Source of the DNA: a virus
Lineage: Duplodnaviria > Caudoviricetes
DNA: 35,590 nt
Direction: 5' to 3' (one strand)
IMG/VR virus record: IMGVR_UViG_3300037781_000163
Span: 1-35,590 of that record
Shown: in pieces, positions 26,051-34,013 of the stretch
How positions within the stretch are numbered: position 1 is the stretch's first letter
Layout: each line of letters opens with the position of its first letter
Program-made: the position numbers and the translations under genes
Notes under the pieces: generated by a model
The model's input: the letters and a program-made list of their open reading frames with translations, nothing else
Told to the model about the DNA's origin: nothing
Databases searched by the model: none

Positions 26051-26853
26051 GCGGCACCTGTCGAGAACAGGTCACCGGGGCGCTCGAAGTTTGTCATGAT
26101 GACTTCGGGTTTGACCGTGCCGCCATCGGTGACGACCTTGCTCGGGAAGCGGTACCAGCCCGCAAGAGCGGAGTCATAAACCGTGCCTTCAGACATCGTC
26201 AGAATGACCCGCGCCTTCGTGGCGGCGAGCGCCGCTGCGAGCCGGTCGTGCGCGGCGGCATCCATCTTTACCGCGTAACGTCGCCCGACCGGCCCTGGAT
26301 AGGGCGGGTCAACAAACATCAGGCAGTCCGGTGAATCGTAGTTACCGAGCAGCGTGATCGCATCCGTCGAGCGGATGGAGACACCGCGCAGACGCTCGGC
26401 CACCGCCGCGAGCCGCGCCGGCAATCGCGTCCAGGTGATCTCCGGCGCGATTGCCGGCATCTTCGACCAGCGGAAGCCGCTCCGGTGCGCATCGCCGTGT
26501 CCGCCACGCCCCATCCATGAGGCGACGAGAAACACCCGCGCCCGCTCGACCGGGTCTTTTGGCATCTCGACCGCCTGGCAGGCGCGAAACTCCGCCTCCG
26601 CGAAAGGCGTCAGCTCGATGGCCGCATAGAGCTCGCCGGCGCGCGGGCTCCGGAGCACCTCGAACAGGTTGATCACCTCGCCGTTCAGGTCATTGATCAC
26701 CTCTTTTGGATGGCGCGGCTTGTTAAGGGTCACCACGGCTGACCCGCAGAACAGCTCGACCCAGGTCGACGGCCCGGCCGGTACCAGCGCGAGGATATGT
26801 CGCGCCATGGTTTCTTTCGAGCCGTAGTAATTGAGCGGACGGCCGATCTTCAC
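26047..26853 (-). CDS. DNA adenine methyltransferase (Dam/D12 class)
   Basis: YYGSK, VELFCGS, INDLN, FVDPPY, EVIMTNF motifs. Confidence 0.92.
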   Translation of the reverse strand: MKIGRPLNYYGSKETMARHILALVPAGPSTWVELFCGSAVVTLNKPRHPKEVINDLNGEVINLFEVLRSPRAGELYAAIELTPFAEAEFRACQAVEMPKDPVERARVFLVASWMGRGGHGDAHRSGFRWSKMPAIAPEITWTRLPARLAAVAERLRGVSIRSTDAITLLGNYDSPDCLMFVDPPYPGPVGRRYAVKMDAAAHDRLAAALAATKARVILTMSEGTVYDSALAGWYRFPSKVVTDGGTVKPEVIMTNFERPGDLFSTGAA

Positions 26854-27866
26854 TCGATCCTCCCGTCATGCACAAAGCCGTCGAGCAGCCGGCCGGCGGC
26901 CTTCTTGCCGACGCGGACAAAACGGCAACCGCCGGTAGGGTCGGGGTCATTGCCAAAGGGCAGTGATGCGCCGGACGCGTCGATAGCCGTCTTGCTCGGT
27001 GCAGGCCGTGCAGGTGCGGCCGGATGCATGCCCCGCGGCAGCGGTAACCATTCCCCCCACTGCTTGAAGCAGTACGGGATGCCGTGCGCCGCTGCGAAGT
27101 CGCGGGCAGCGCGATGCCAGTCCGGGTGGCTCGGCCGGGCGTGCGGGCCGCTCTCGCCGCCGGAGATCATGCCGGCGAGGAACTCCCAGCCCGACCAGTC
27201 GACCGGCCCGAGCGCCGGCTCGTAGCTCACGAAGGTACGCCAGCCGGCTGCCGCGATCGCCGCCAGCGCGTCACGCCGGGCGTCAGCGCTCGCCTGGTCC
27301 TCGACCGAGGCGCCGATGATGACATTGGCGAACGGCGGAGGGTTGTACGCCAACTGACAGCCCTGCCGCCGTGCAGCATCCTCGACACCCTCTCTTGAGT
27401 ACGGTCGCGGCCAGAACTTGGGCATTTTCCAGCCAATGTAGTCGCGGAAATCTTTATCGAGCAGGAGGCTCGCAAGCCGCTCCGGCCGCTTGGTCAGCAC
27501 CTGGTAGTGATGCTGTGCAGCGACCGCCATGACCGCAAAGACCTCACAGACATCTAGAGGATAAAGGCCCGGATGACCCAGGTCGGACATCGAGTTGACG
27601 AATATCCGGCGTGGCCTCTTCCAGAGCAACGGATGAACAAGAGCGCCAGGGTCAAGCCTCACCTCGCCCGTCCAGACCGGCCCGTTCTTGCCGGGCTTCG
27701 TCAGCCCGGCATATTTCTCGCCCGTCCGGCCGCCCATCTTCTCGAGGCGGCCGGCCATGCGCATGGCGTAGCAATTCTTGCAGCCCGCCGAGAGCACGCT
27801 GCAGCCGACGACCGGGTTCCAGGTCGCGTCAGTCCACTCGATCCCGCTCTTGTCGCCCATCGTCAT
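26850..27866 (-). CDS. DUF5131 / phage Gp37Gp68 family protein
   Basis: IEWTDATWNPVVGC...S.GC.NCYA, IFVNSMSDL, LTKRP, EPALGP, GGESG..ARP, FKQWG, GKKAAGRLLDG motifs. Confidence 0.95.
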   Translation of the reverse strand: MTMGDKSGIEWTDATWNPVVGCSVLSAGCKNCYAMRMAGRLEKMGGRTGEKYAGLTKPGKNGPVWTGEVRLDPGALVHPLLWKRPRRIFVNSMSDLGHPGLYPLDVCEVFAVMAVAAQHHYQVLTKRPERLASLLLDKDFRDYIGWKMPKFWPRPYSREGVEDAARRQGCQLAYNPPPFANVIIGASVEDQASADARRDALAAIAAAGWRTFVSYEPALGPVDWSGWEFLAGMISGGESGPHARPSHPDWHRAARDFAAAHGIPYCFKQWGEWLPLPRGMHPAAPARPAPSKTAIDASGASLPFGNDPDPTGGCRFVRVGKKAAGRLLDGFVHDGRIE

Positions 27867-28378
27867 TCCCCGTCCAGGTAGACCGGCCGGTCGCGGAGCG
27901 GCGTGCCGTCATCGTCGCCGAGGAAGAGATACGGCCCGGCGGCGACATGCGCGACCTCCTCCGGCAGCAGGAACAGCGCGGCGGCGACCTGGCCGACCGG
28001 CGTGCCATCGCCGGCGAGGCCGACATAGGCCGAGACGGCCGTGTAGATCTTCCGGTCGTTATCGCCGGCGACACCGGGCGGACCAGCGGAGATTTTCAGC
28101 CAGCCGATGGTCACCGCGTCCTCGTGTTTGATGCCGAGCGCCTCGACCGCCACCTCGAAGGCCGGCGGTGCGGCCGGACGCGGGACGGCACGCTCGCACC
28201 AGAGGTCGATCATCACGCTCTTGCAGGCGAGATCGAAGCCGTACCACATCGCCATCTCGAGCTCGGCGCCGGATTCCGTACGCCCCTTGCCCTCGGCCTC
28301 GATCACGTCGTCGAACTCGTTCGGATGCGAGGCCCGCCAGCCATCGGCGACGCCGGGCTTCAGAAGATCGACCTTCAT
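27863..28378 (-). CDS. Hypothetical phage protein
   Basis: ATGA-coupled at both ends within the early operon. Confidence 0.7.
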   Translation of the reverse strand: MKVDLLKPGVADGWRASHPNEFDDVIEAEGKGRTESGAELEMAMWYGFDLACKSVMIDLWCERAVPRPAAPPAFEVAVEALGIKHEDAVTIGWLKISAGPPGVAGDNDRKIYTAVSAYVGLAGDGTPVGQVAAALFLLPEEVAHVAAGPYLFLGDDDGTPLRDRPVYLDGE

Positions 28379-28659
28379 CCCCTGCCCTCCGGCTCGGAAA
28401 GGGCCAGGCAGAACTCACCGCTCTCGACACGGTCGGCGATCTTGCGGAGCACTGCCGCGAAACGCTTCCGGTTGCCGACGTCCGGTATCCAGGCCGACAC
28501 GGTGGCCACGACCGACAGCAGAACGTTAAGGCAGATATCCGGGCTGCTCTTCCAGAGACAGCGCAACCCCTCGAGCAGATACGCGGTGCCGGCATCGGCC
28601 TTCCAGCCGAATGGACCTGGTTCGCCGGGCTTCCCGGTCTGGTAATTGAGATCGCTCAT
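28375..28659 (-). CDS. Hypothetical phage protein
   Basis: ATGA-coupled at both ends. Confidence 0.6.
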   Translation of the reverse strand: MSDLNYQTGKPGEPGPFGWKADAGTAYLLEGLRCLWKSSPDICLNVLLSVVATVSAWIPDVGNRKRFAAVLRKIADRVESGEFCLALSEPEGRG

Positions 28660-28823
28660 TCGCTTACCTTCTCCCTGTCCAGCCGCCGGATATCGGCGAG
28701 CGTCATTCCCGCCAGCGCCTCGACCAGCGCCCGGGTCTCCGGCGACGGGAGGCGATGCAACTTGCCGGGCGCCAAGCTCTCGGGCGAGGCGGCGGCAGCG
28801 GTTTCGCGGCGCGTGTCACCCAT
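28656..28823 (-). CDS. Hypothetical small protein
   Basis: ATG 28823 overlaps the upstream gene end; stop coupled to the next gene. Confidence 0.45.
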   Translation of the reverse strand: MGDTRRETAAAASPESLAPGKLHRLPSPETRALVEALAGMTLADIRRLDREKVSE

Positions 28824-29007
28824 TGGATTCGTCAATGGCCCGGGTGACGCCCTGGATGGCGACAGCAATCAGTCCCGCCGCGGTCAGAATGACGACTTCG
28901 AGCCGCCAATCGTCGAGGAAGATGATCCTGTAGAAACCAGCCTGCGAGACGCAGAGGATCGTCAGGGTCATGAGCACCGAAAGCAGCCGATTGAATGTCA
29001 GAGGCAT
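28816..29007 (-). CDS. Small two-TM membrane protein
   Basis: Strong RBS AGGAAGGAG; two hydrophobic segments in 63 aa. Confidence 0.7.
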   Translation of the reverse strand: MPLTFNRLLSVLMTLTILCVSQAGFYRIIFLDDWRLEVVILTAAGLIAVAIQGVTRAIDESNG

Positions 29008-29062
29008 CAAAGCTCTCCTTCCTGGTGAATGTGAACGGAAGCCAACGGCACGCATGCGAAGG

Positions 29063-29911
29063 TCATCGCAGCTGCTCCGGCAGCTGGTTGTCGGCGCGGA
29101 GGTTGCGGTTGTAGAGCTTGACGAAAGTCAGGCGCATGACCTCTGCCATCGACCCGCCGAAATTGCCCTTGTAGGCCCGCGCGGTCTTCTGCAGCTGCAG
29201 CACCCCGGTGCTCGCCACGAGCTGGCGGATCATCCGTTCGTCGTCGAGCTCGTGCTCACCGAGCTTCGCAAGCAGGAGCACCAGCCCATTGATGGCGTTG
29301 CCGACCAGCGTCTGCTCGCCCCGCGCCTCCGCGACCCGTCTCAAGATCACGAGCGCGCGGGTGACCAGCTCCGGACCGTGCCGGGAGACCGCCTTGGCGA
29401 TCGTGCCGGGCGCCGGCGTCTCGGTGAGCGGCCAGCTGCCGGCCTGGCGGACCGTGCGCGGGATGGTGACCCCGGCCTCGCGGCAGGCGGCCGCCACCGC
29501 CAGCGCCAGCGGTGCTGCCGCCTCGACCTCCGCGTGATGCTGCGCGAAGGGCGTGACCGTGACCCGGTCCCGGTTGATCGCGACGAAGGCGTCCGCCTGC
29601 TCGCGGATCTCCGGCGTCGCCACGATGTAGCAGGGCACCTCCTCGATCGCCGGGTGCTTCAGCGCCGCGGCGACGCGATGCTGGCCGTCGATGATCGCGT
29701 AGGTACTCTCGCCCACGGCCGCCACGGTCGGCGGCTGGAACTTCGCCCAGGAAAACTCCCCGGCGATCCGCGCGATGACCTTGGCCGAGCGCTTGCCGGT
29801 CGTCGACCGCTGGTAACGCTGCTCGACGGTCAGCTGCACGAGCGGCAGCCAGGCCATCTCCGGACGCGGGCCGGGATCGGCAATGTCGTCAGTCTTCGAT
29901 GCGTCAGGCAT
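29063..29911 (-). CDS. ParB-like (DUF6551-type) protein
   Basis: L.V...YQR, F.W..F.P..V, IIDGQHR..AA, QA.AFVAIN..R motifs. Confidence 0.85.
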   Translation of the reverse strand: MPDASKTDDIADPGPRPEMAWLPLVQLTVEQRYQRSTTGKRSAKVIARIAGEFSWAKFQPPTVAAVGESTYAIIDGQHRVAAALKHPAIEEVPCYIVATPEIREQADAFVAINRDRVTVTPFAQHHAEVEAAAPLALAVAAACREAGVTIPRTVRQAGSWPLTETPAPGTIAKAVSRHGPELVTRALVILRRVAEARGEQTLVGNAINGLVLLLAKLGEHELDDERMIRQLVASTGVLQLQKTARAYKGNFGGSMAEVMRLTFVKLYNRNLRADNQLPEQLR

Positions 29912-30332
29912 GGGTGACCTCCTGCAGCGCCCCGACATCGATGTCGGGGCGGAAGATGCCGGTCTTCCCCCGGCAGGGTGTGAACACTAGTGGGCGCGGG
30001 TTGCGAAGCACGAAACCGTAACGGCCGGTAAACCATTCGCTGCTTGAGCCAGTCACCACGTCGTCGATATCGACCATCCCGACGATGCCGCCCCGCTGGT
30101 CGAGCGGATCGGCGGATGCATTGCCTGGCAGGCCAAGATGGAGGGCGCGGTATAGGAAGTCGTCGACAAGAAAGCCGTCCTCGTCATCCGCCTCGATGCC
30201 GGCATGGATCAGGATCGGGCCCCGGTGACTGGTCCGCCAACTGCGGTTCTCGATGTCCTTCCCGGCATAGAGGATCGCCCAAGCCCAGGGCTGGCGGATC
30301 GACAGCGCAACATCTGGAAAACACCCGCTCAT
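29904..30332 (-). CDS. ASCH domain protein
   Basis: ALSIRQPWAWAI..GKDIENRSW.T.HRG.ILIHAG, GGIVG, PCRG..G.F motifs; ATGA-coupled start at 30332. Confidence 0.92.
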   Translation of the reverse strand: MSGCFPDVALSIRQPWAWAILYAGKDIENRSWRTSHRGPILIHAGIEADDEDGFLVDDFLYRALHLGLPGNASADPLDQRGGIVGMVDIDDVVTGSSSEWFTGRYGFVLRNPRPLVFTPCRGKTGIFRPDIDVGALQEVTHA

Positions 30333-31396
30333 GCCGCCCGCTCCTCGATCTGGACGTTGTTCCAGTCTCGCCCGCCGTCGCCGTCGGGGACGCAGAGCCA
30401 GACGCGTTTCAGGCGGCCGGCGCGGACATCTTCGGCGCGGCGGGCGACGCAGGCCGCGAGATGCTTCGCCGCCGGGTGCGTGACCGGGCGGCCGGCGAGG
30501 ATCGCTGCCTGCATGCCGGCCTCGTCGGCATCGCCGAACAGCACCAGGTCGGTGACATGGGTCGGCAGCTCGAGCTCGGCGAAATTCGAGCGGGTCGCCG
30601 CGCCCCATACCGGGATGCCGAACAGCTGGGTTGCCGCGATGCCCGTCTCCGCGCCCTCGGCAAGCCCGAGGACGTGCCCCGCCGGCGCCGAGAGACGGAT
30701 CGCCGCCCCGAGCTGCTGGCCGAGCATCAGGCGCTTGCCGTCGCGGATCACGCGGCCGGTCTCCGCATCGCGCTTCAGCCAGACCCGCTGCACGCCGGTG
30801 ATCTTGCGGTCGGGACCGGCGAGCGCCCAGATCAGCGCCGGCTGCGCCGTCGTGTCCGGGTTGCGCCGGGATCGCGGTAGGGCCGGATGGAAGCGGCCGG
30901 ACGGCGGCAGGAGCTCGAGGCAGCGGCCGCGGAGATATTCCTCCGCCATCGTGCCGGCAAGCGGCACGGCTTCGCGCCAGTAGCGGAGCGCGTCGGCGAG
31001 ATCCTCCTGCTGACGCCGCGCCTCCTCCCGGTCCGCCGCGATCGCCGCCTGGCGGCGGGCCTCGATGACGGCCGGGTCGGGCTCGGACGGCGCCTCGCCG
31101 GAAATGCCGAGGAAGGCGAGCGCCTCGCGGAGCGCCGTGCCGAACGACCCCGCGCCGGTCTCCCGGCCGATCAGGTCGATCAGGCTGCCGCCCTCGTCCG
31201 ATTTGAAGTCGCGCCAGCGGCCGCGCCGTTTGCCGTCGAGATAGACCACGAGCGCCGGGTTCTTGCCGTCGCCGAAACGGACCTCGCGCTTACCCGCCTT
31301 CTGCATCTTCGGCAGGCCGTAGGTCGAGGCCAGCCGGTCGAGGCTGTCGAGCAGGCGGAGATTGATCTCTTGGAGGTCATGGCGCTGCGCGGTCAC
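30329..31396 (-). CDS. TOPRIM-domain DNA primase
   Basis: G.WRDF...GG..IDL, YLRGR, GVQR.WL, AEG.ET, FGDAD.AG, DWN motifs. Confidence 0.88.
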   Translation of the reverse strand: MTAQRHDLQEINLRLLDSLDRLASTYGLPKMQKAGKREVRFGDGKNPALVVYLDGKRRGRWRDFKSDEGGSLIDLIGRETGAGSFGTALREALAFLGISGEAPSEPDPAVIEARRQAAIAADREEARRQQEDLADALRYWREAVPLAGTMAEEYLRGRCLELLPPSGRFHPALPRSRRNPDTTAQPALIWALAGPDRKITGVQRVWLKRDAETGRVIRDGKRLMLGQQLGAAIRLSAPAGHVLGLAEGAETGIAATQLFGIPVWGAATRSNFAELELPTHVTDLVLFGDADEAGMQAAILAGRPVTHPAAKHLAACVARRAEDVRAGRLKRVWLCVPDGDGGRDWNNVQIEERAA

Positions 31397-31728
31397 GATC
31401 CGCCCTCCCGCACCTGGTCGAGGCGGTACTGCCAGAGCCGCTGGGCCGCCGCAGCCACGTCGAGCGCGAGCGCCGCCGCCTTGCCCGGGGTCGTTTTCAG
31501 GGCCACGTCGCGGAACATGAAGGCGACCAGCTCGTCGCCCTTGCGCCAGCAGAGCTGCATCGCGGTGGCGATCGCCTCGTTGAGCTCGAACACCTCGTCG
31601 CGCTCAAGAACGGCGACCATGTTCGGCCGGGGCTGGCGGTAGTCGCAGAGCGCCCAGCCGCCGACGGCCGGGTGCAGCCGGAGCACCGGCCACTCGACGA
31701 CGCCATCACCCGGGCGGCCGGCACTCAC
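31393..31728 (-). CDS. Hypothetical phage protein
   Basis: GTGA-coupled at both ends; GGAGG RBS. Confidence 0.7.
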   Translation of the reverse strand: MSAGRPGDGVVEWPVLRLHPAVGGWALCDYRQPRPNMVAVLERDEVFELNEAIATAMQLCWRKGDELVAFMFRDVALKTTPGKAAALALDVAAAAQRLWQYRLDQVREGGS

Positions 31729-32063
31729 AGCTCACCTCCCGCGTCGAAATCCTGTTCGGCAAGCCAGTCGATGGCGCGCGCCAGCGGAGTCGGCGACCGG
31801 CCGCGCTTGCCGAGCGCGGCCGCGATCGCGCCAACCGGCGTTCCGGTCTGGATCAGCTTGGAGACCAGCACCGCGCCGTCATCCAGCAGCCGGTCGAGGG
31901 TCGAATCAGGCTTGCCGGACGAAATGAACAGCTCCGCGATCCGTCCGTCCGGGTAGTACCCGGCGGTGACGCGAAGCTGGCCGGATTCCGTCTCGACCGT
32001 CGAGGTCACAGACGGCCGCCGGTTCGCCAGCTTGCCGCACCCGCCTGAAAGGCCGGCGCTCAC
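31725..32063 (-). CDS. Stand-alone TSCPD-like domain protein
   Basis: L.NRR...T, VT.GYY.DGR..ELFI...K, D.AVLVS..IQ.G pattern resembles the C-terminal domain of class II ribonucleotide reductases. Confidence 0.7.
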   Translation of the reverse strand: MSAGLSGGCGKLANRRPSVTSTVETESGQLRVTAGYYPDGRIAELFISSGKPDSTLDRLLDDGAVLVSKLIQTGTPVGAIAAALGKRGRSPTPLARAIDWLAEQDFDAGGEL

Positions 32064-32221
32064 GCCGCCACCGTCAGGAGGAAGAGGGTCAGCACCAGGG
32101 CGATGCCGGAGAAGACGAGCGACAGCCTGCCGGCGATGCCGAGCGGACGGACACGGCGCAACGGGCGCGGGGCGTGGAAAGAGCCCGCGGCAATCATCCG
32201 GGCGAGATCGATATTCGACAT
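32060..32221 (-). CDS. Small protein with C-terminal TM helix
   Basis: AAAGGAGAG RBS before ATG 32221; hydrophobic LSLVFSGIALVLTLFLLTVAA. Confidence 0.7.
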   Translation of the reverse strand: MSNIDLARMIAAGSFHAPRPLRRVRPLGIAGRLSLVFSGIALVLTLFLLTVAA

Positions 32222-32234
32222 ACTGTCTCTCCTT

Positions 32235-32522
32235 TCAATCGTCGCGGTAGGGCAGGCGCGCATGGGCCGGCCGCGAACGGCGTTCGCCACCGCCCGCCGC
32301 AGCGGCCTTGCGGCGGGCCCGGTCGAACGAGGCGCACCACTCGCTGTGCTGTTCGGCCTCGGTCTCGGGATCGAAGGGGTTGGCGGCATAGGCCACGCCG
32401 GACCGCCCGGCCCTGTTGCCGAGCATGCCGGCGGCGCGTACCGCGGAGACGATCAGCGCCCGCTCATGCCTTGCTGCGGCGAGCAGCTCCTCGTCGGCCA
32501 ACGGTTCGCCGAGCGGGATCAC
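32235..32522 (-). CDS. Hypothetical protein (G..AG..G.....NPF...W motif, Rmf/CrpP-like fold possible)
   Basis: GTG 32522 with GGAGG RBS; motif GNRAGRSGVAYAANPF...EW..SF. Confidence 0.6.
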   Translation of the reverse strand: MIPLGEPLADEELLAAARHERALIVSAVRAAGMLGNRAGRSGVAYAANPFDPETEAEQHSEWCASFDRARRKAAAAGGGERRSRPAHARLPYRDD

Positions 32523-32540
32523 AGCGCGCCCTCCCCTTTG

Positions 32541-32569
32541 GTGACGAGGGGCAGGCCGCCATCTATGCT
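32541..32569 (+). promoter_or_regulatory. Sigma70-like promoter of the inserted gene
   Basis: GTGACG-N17-TATGCT, followed by an AAGGAG RBS. Confidence 0.65.
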
Positions 32570-32600
32570 TCCGGCCGCTAGCGAAAAAGGAGAACTGGCT

Positions 32601-32945
32601 ATGGCCGATGATATAGCGAAAGTGATCACCAGGCTCATCGACGAAGGCATCAAGCGCCAGGCACTTGAACTGCACCAGCGAAACATCGCGCTGATGGTCG
32701 CGTATGCACACCTGGTCAACATGATGGATTCTCGCGGGCTTCTACCGAAGGATCAGGTTCTTCAATCCCTTGAGAAGACAGCACGCCACACCGGCAGCAT
32801 TGCCGGCAACCAAGCTGTCGAAGCTCATCTTCTACGGCTTGTCGAATTGCTCCGGACATCGCCGCTTGAACCCACTCCGGAGGAGGTGCGGAAGGGATTC
32901 CGAGTGATCTCTGAAGTTCCTCCAGAACCTGAGAAAAACTCTTAG
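32601..32945 (+). CDS. Hypothetical 114-aa helical protein (antisense moron)
   Basis: AAAAAGGAGA RBS, ATG 32601 (MADDIAKVITRL...), visibly lower GC, own promoter. Confidence 0.8.
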   Translation: MADDIAKVITRLIDEGIKRQALELHQRNIALMVAYAHLVNMMDSRGLLPKDQVLQSLEKTARHTGSIAGNQAVEAHLLRLVELLRTSPLEPTPEEVRKGFRVISEVPPEPEKNS

Positions 32946-32966
32946 GCGGAAGACTGCCCGGGGAAC

Positions 32967-33452
32967 TCACAGCGCGCCCTCCGAGCGGGCGACCAGCAGG
33001 GCGCGGAGGCTGGCGACCGAGGTCAGCGCCTCGTCGCATTCGCGGATCAGGTCGAGGGTGCGGATCTCGCCGGCATCGATGTCGCCGCCGTTGGCGAGCG
33101 CCTGGCCCGACTTGGCGAAGACCTCGGCGATTTCCTTGCCGACCGAGGCGAGGCGCTCGGCCCATTTCGGATCGACGTCGCCGCCGAACTCGACCCGCAT
33201 CAGCTCGTAACCCTGCAGGCGGGCGAGGATGCCGGTGACGGCGGGCAGGCCGGTCGCGGCCTCGAGGTCGGCGATCACGTCCGCCGGCATGAAGACGTCT
33301 TCATGCCCGGGATTGCCGTAATCCGAGAGGGTCGACCGGCCGGGTCGGGTGATGCCCGCCGCGGCGTCGACGCCGCCGGCCTGCTTCACCAGCTCTCGGG
33401 TCGCGGCCTTCAGGCGGAGGTAGTCGGTACGGGGCAGCTCGCGCATGATCAT
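32967..33452 (-). CDS. Phage CII-like regulatory protein
   Basis: LK.ATR.LV...GG..AAA, S.LS.YGNP, FMP.DV.ADLE...G.P.VT..LA motifs; follows cro. Confidence 0.8.
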   Translation of the reverse strand: MIMRELPRTDYLRLKAATRELVKQAGGVDAAAGITRPGRSTLSDYGNPGHEDVFMPADVIADLEAATGLPAVTGILARLQGYELMRVEFGGDVDPKWAERLASVGKEIAEVFAKSGQALANGGDIDAGEIRTLDLIRECDEALTSVASLRALLVARSEGAL

Positions 33453-33731
33453 TCTCCGAAGCGGCTTTCGCAGTCGTGCGGATTCGCCGCGTGATTTTCC
33501 GGGTGAATCCGCAAGGCCCGGGGTGCAGGCTGTGCGGATGGAAGGATCGATCGGAAAAAGAGGACCGGCGGGACCGGACGCTGCGAGAGGCGCCTGTACA
33601 GCCGGCAGGCGCGGAAGGTACCGCCTGCCGATGTCCGGACCCGCCGGCTGCCGGCGGCGCGTTCGCCACCGCCGGCCAGTCGCGCGGCGACAAAGGGGGG
33701 AAACGCCGCGCCAGGGAGGGGGATGGATTGG

Positions 33732-34004
33732 TTACGCATCGGTCGTCTCCGCCGGGGTGAAGCAATCGCCACCCGCACCGGCTTTTGAGCGCGTGTCCTG
33801 GCGCGATCCGATGCGGCAGAGGGCCTCATGCGTGACGCCGTCATAGCCGCGCCGGGAGGCCGCGCCGACAACGTCGCACCAGTACTCTCCGGGTATCCGG
33901 TCGCGATGCTTCCAGAGGGACGCCAGACCTTGCCGGACCCCGATATCTGAGGCGAAGTCGGACACGGACGGCCAGCAGCTGATGATGTCGACGAATCGTT
34001 TCAT
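33732..34004 (-). CDS. Cro-like HTH regulator
   Basis: II..WPS...FA.DIGV......W..RD.IP..YW motif; divergent from cI; start ATG 34004. Confidence 0.85.
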   Translation of the reverse strand: MKRFVDIISCWPSVSDFASDIGVRQGLASLWKHRDRIPGEYWCDVVGAASRRGYDGVTHEALCRIGSRQDTRSKAGAGGDCFTPAETTDA

Positions 34005-34013
34005 ACATCGGAA

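Larger units (their letters stand above)
32519..32982. repeat. 16-bp direct repeat TCACAGCGCGCCCTCC (32519-32534 and 32967-32982) flanking a 432-bp insert
   Basis: Exact match read in the sequence. Confidence 0.9.

Noticed and set aside
23760-26853. Nuclease + methyltransferases as a restriction-modification system
   Set aside because: The SNase is a non-specific, predicted exported nuclease on the opposite strand, not a cognate restriction enzyme.
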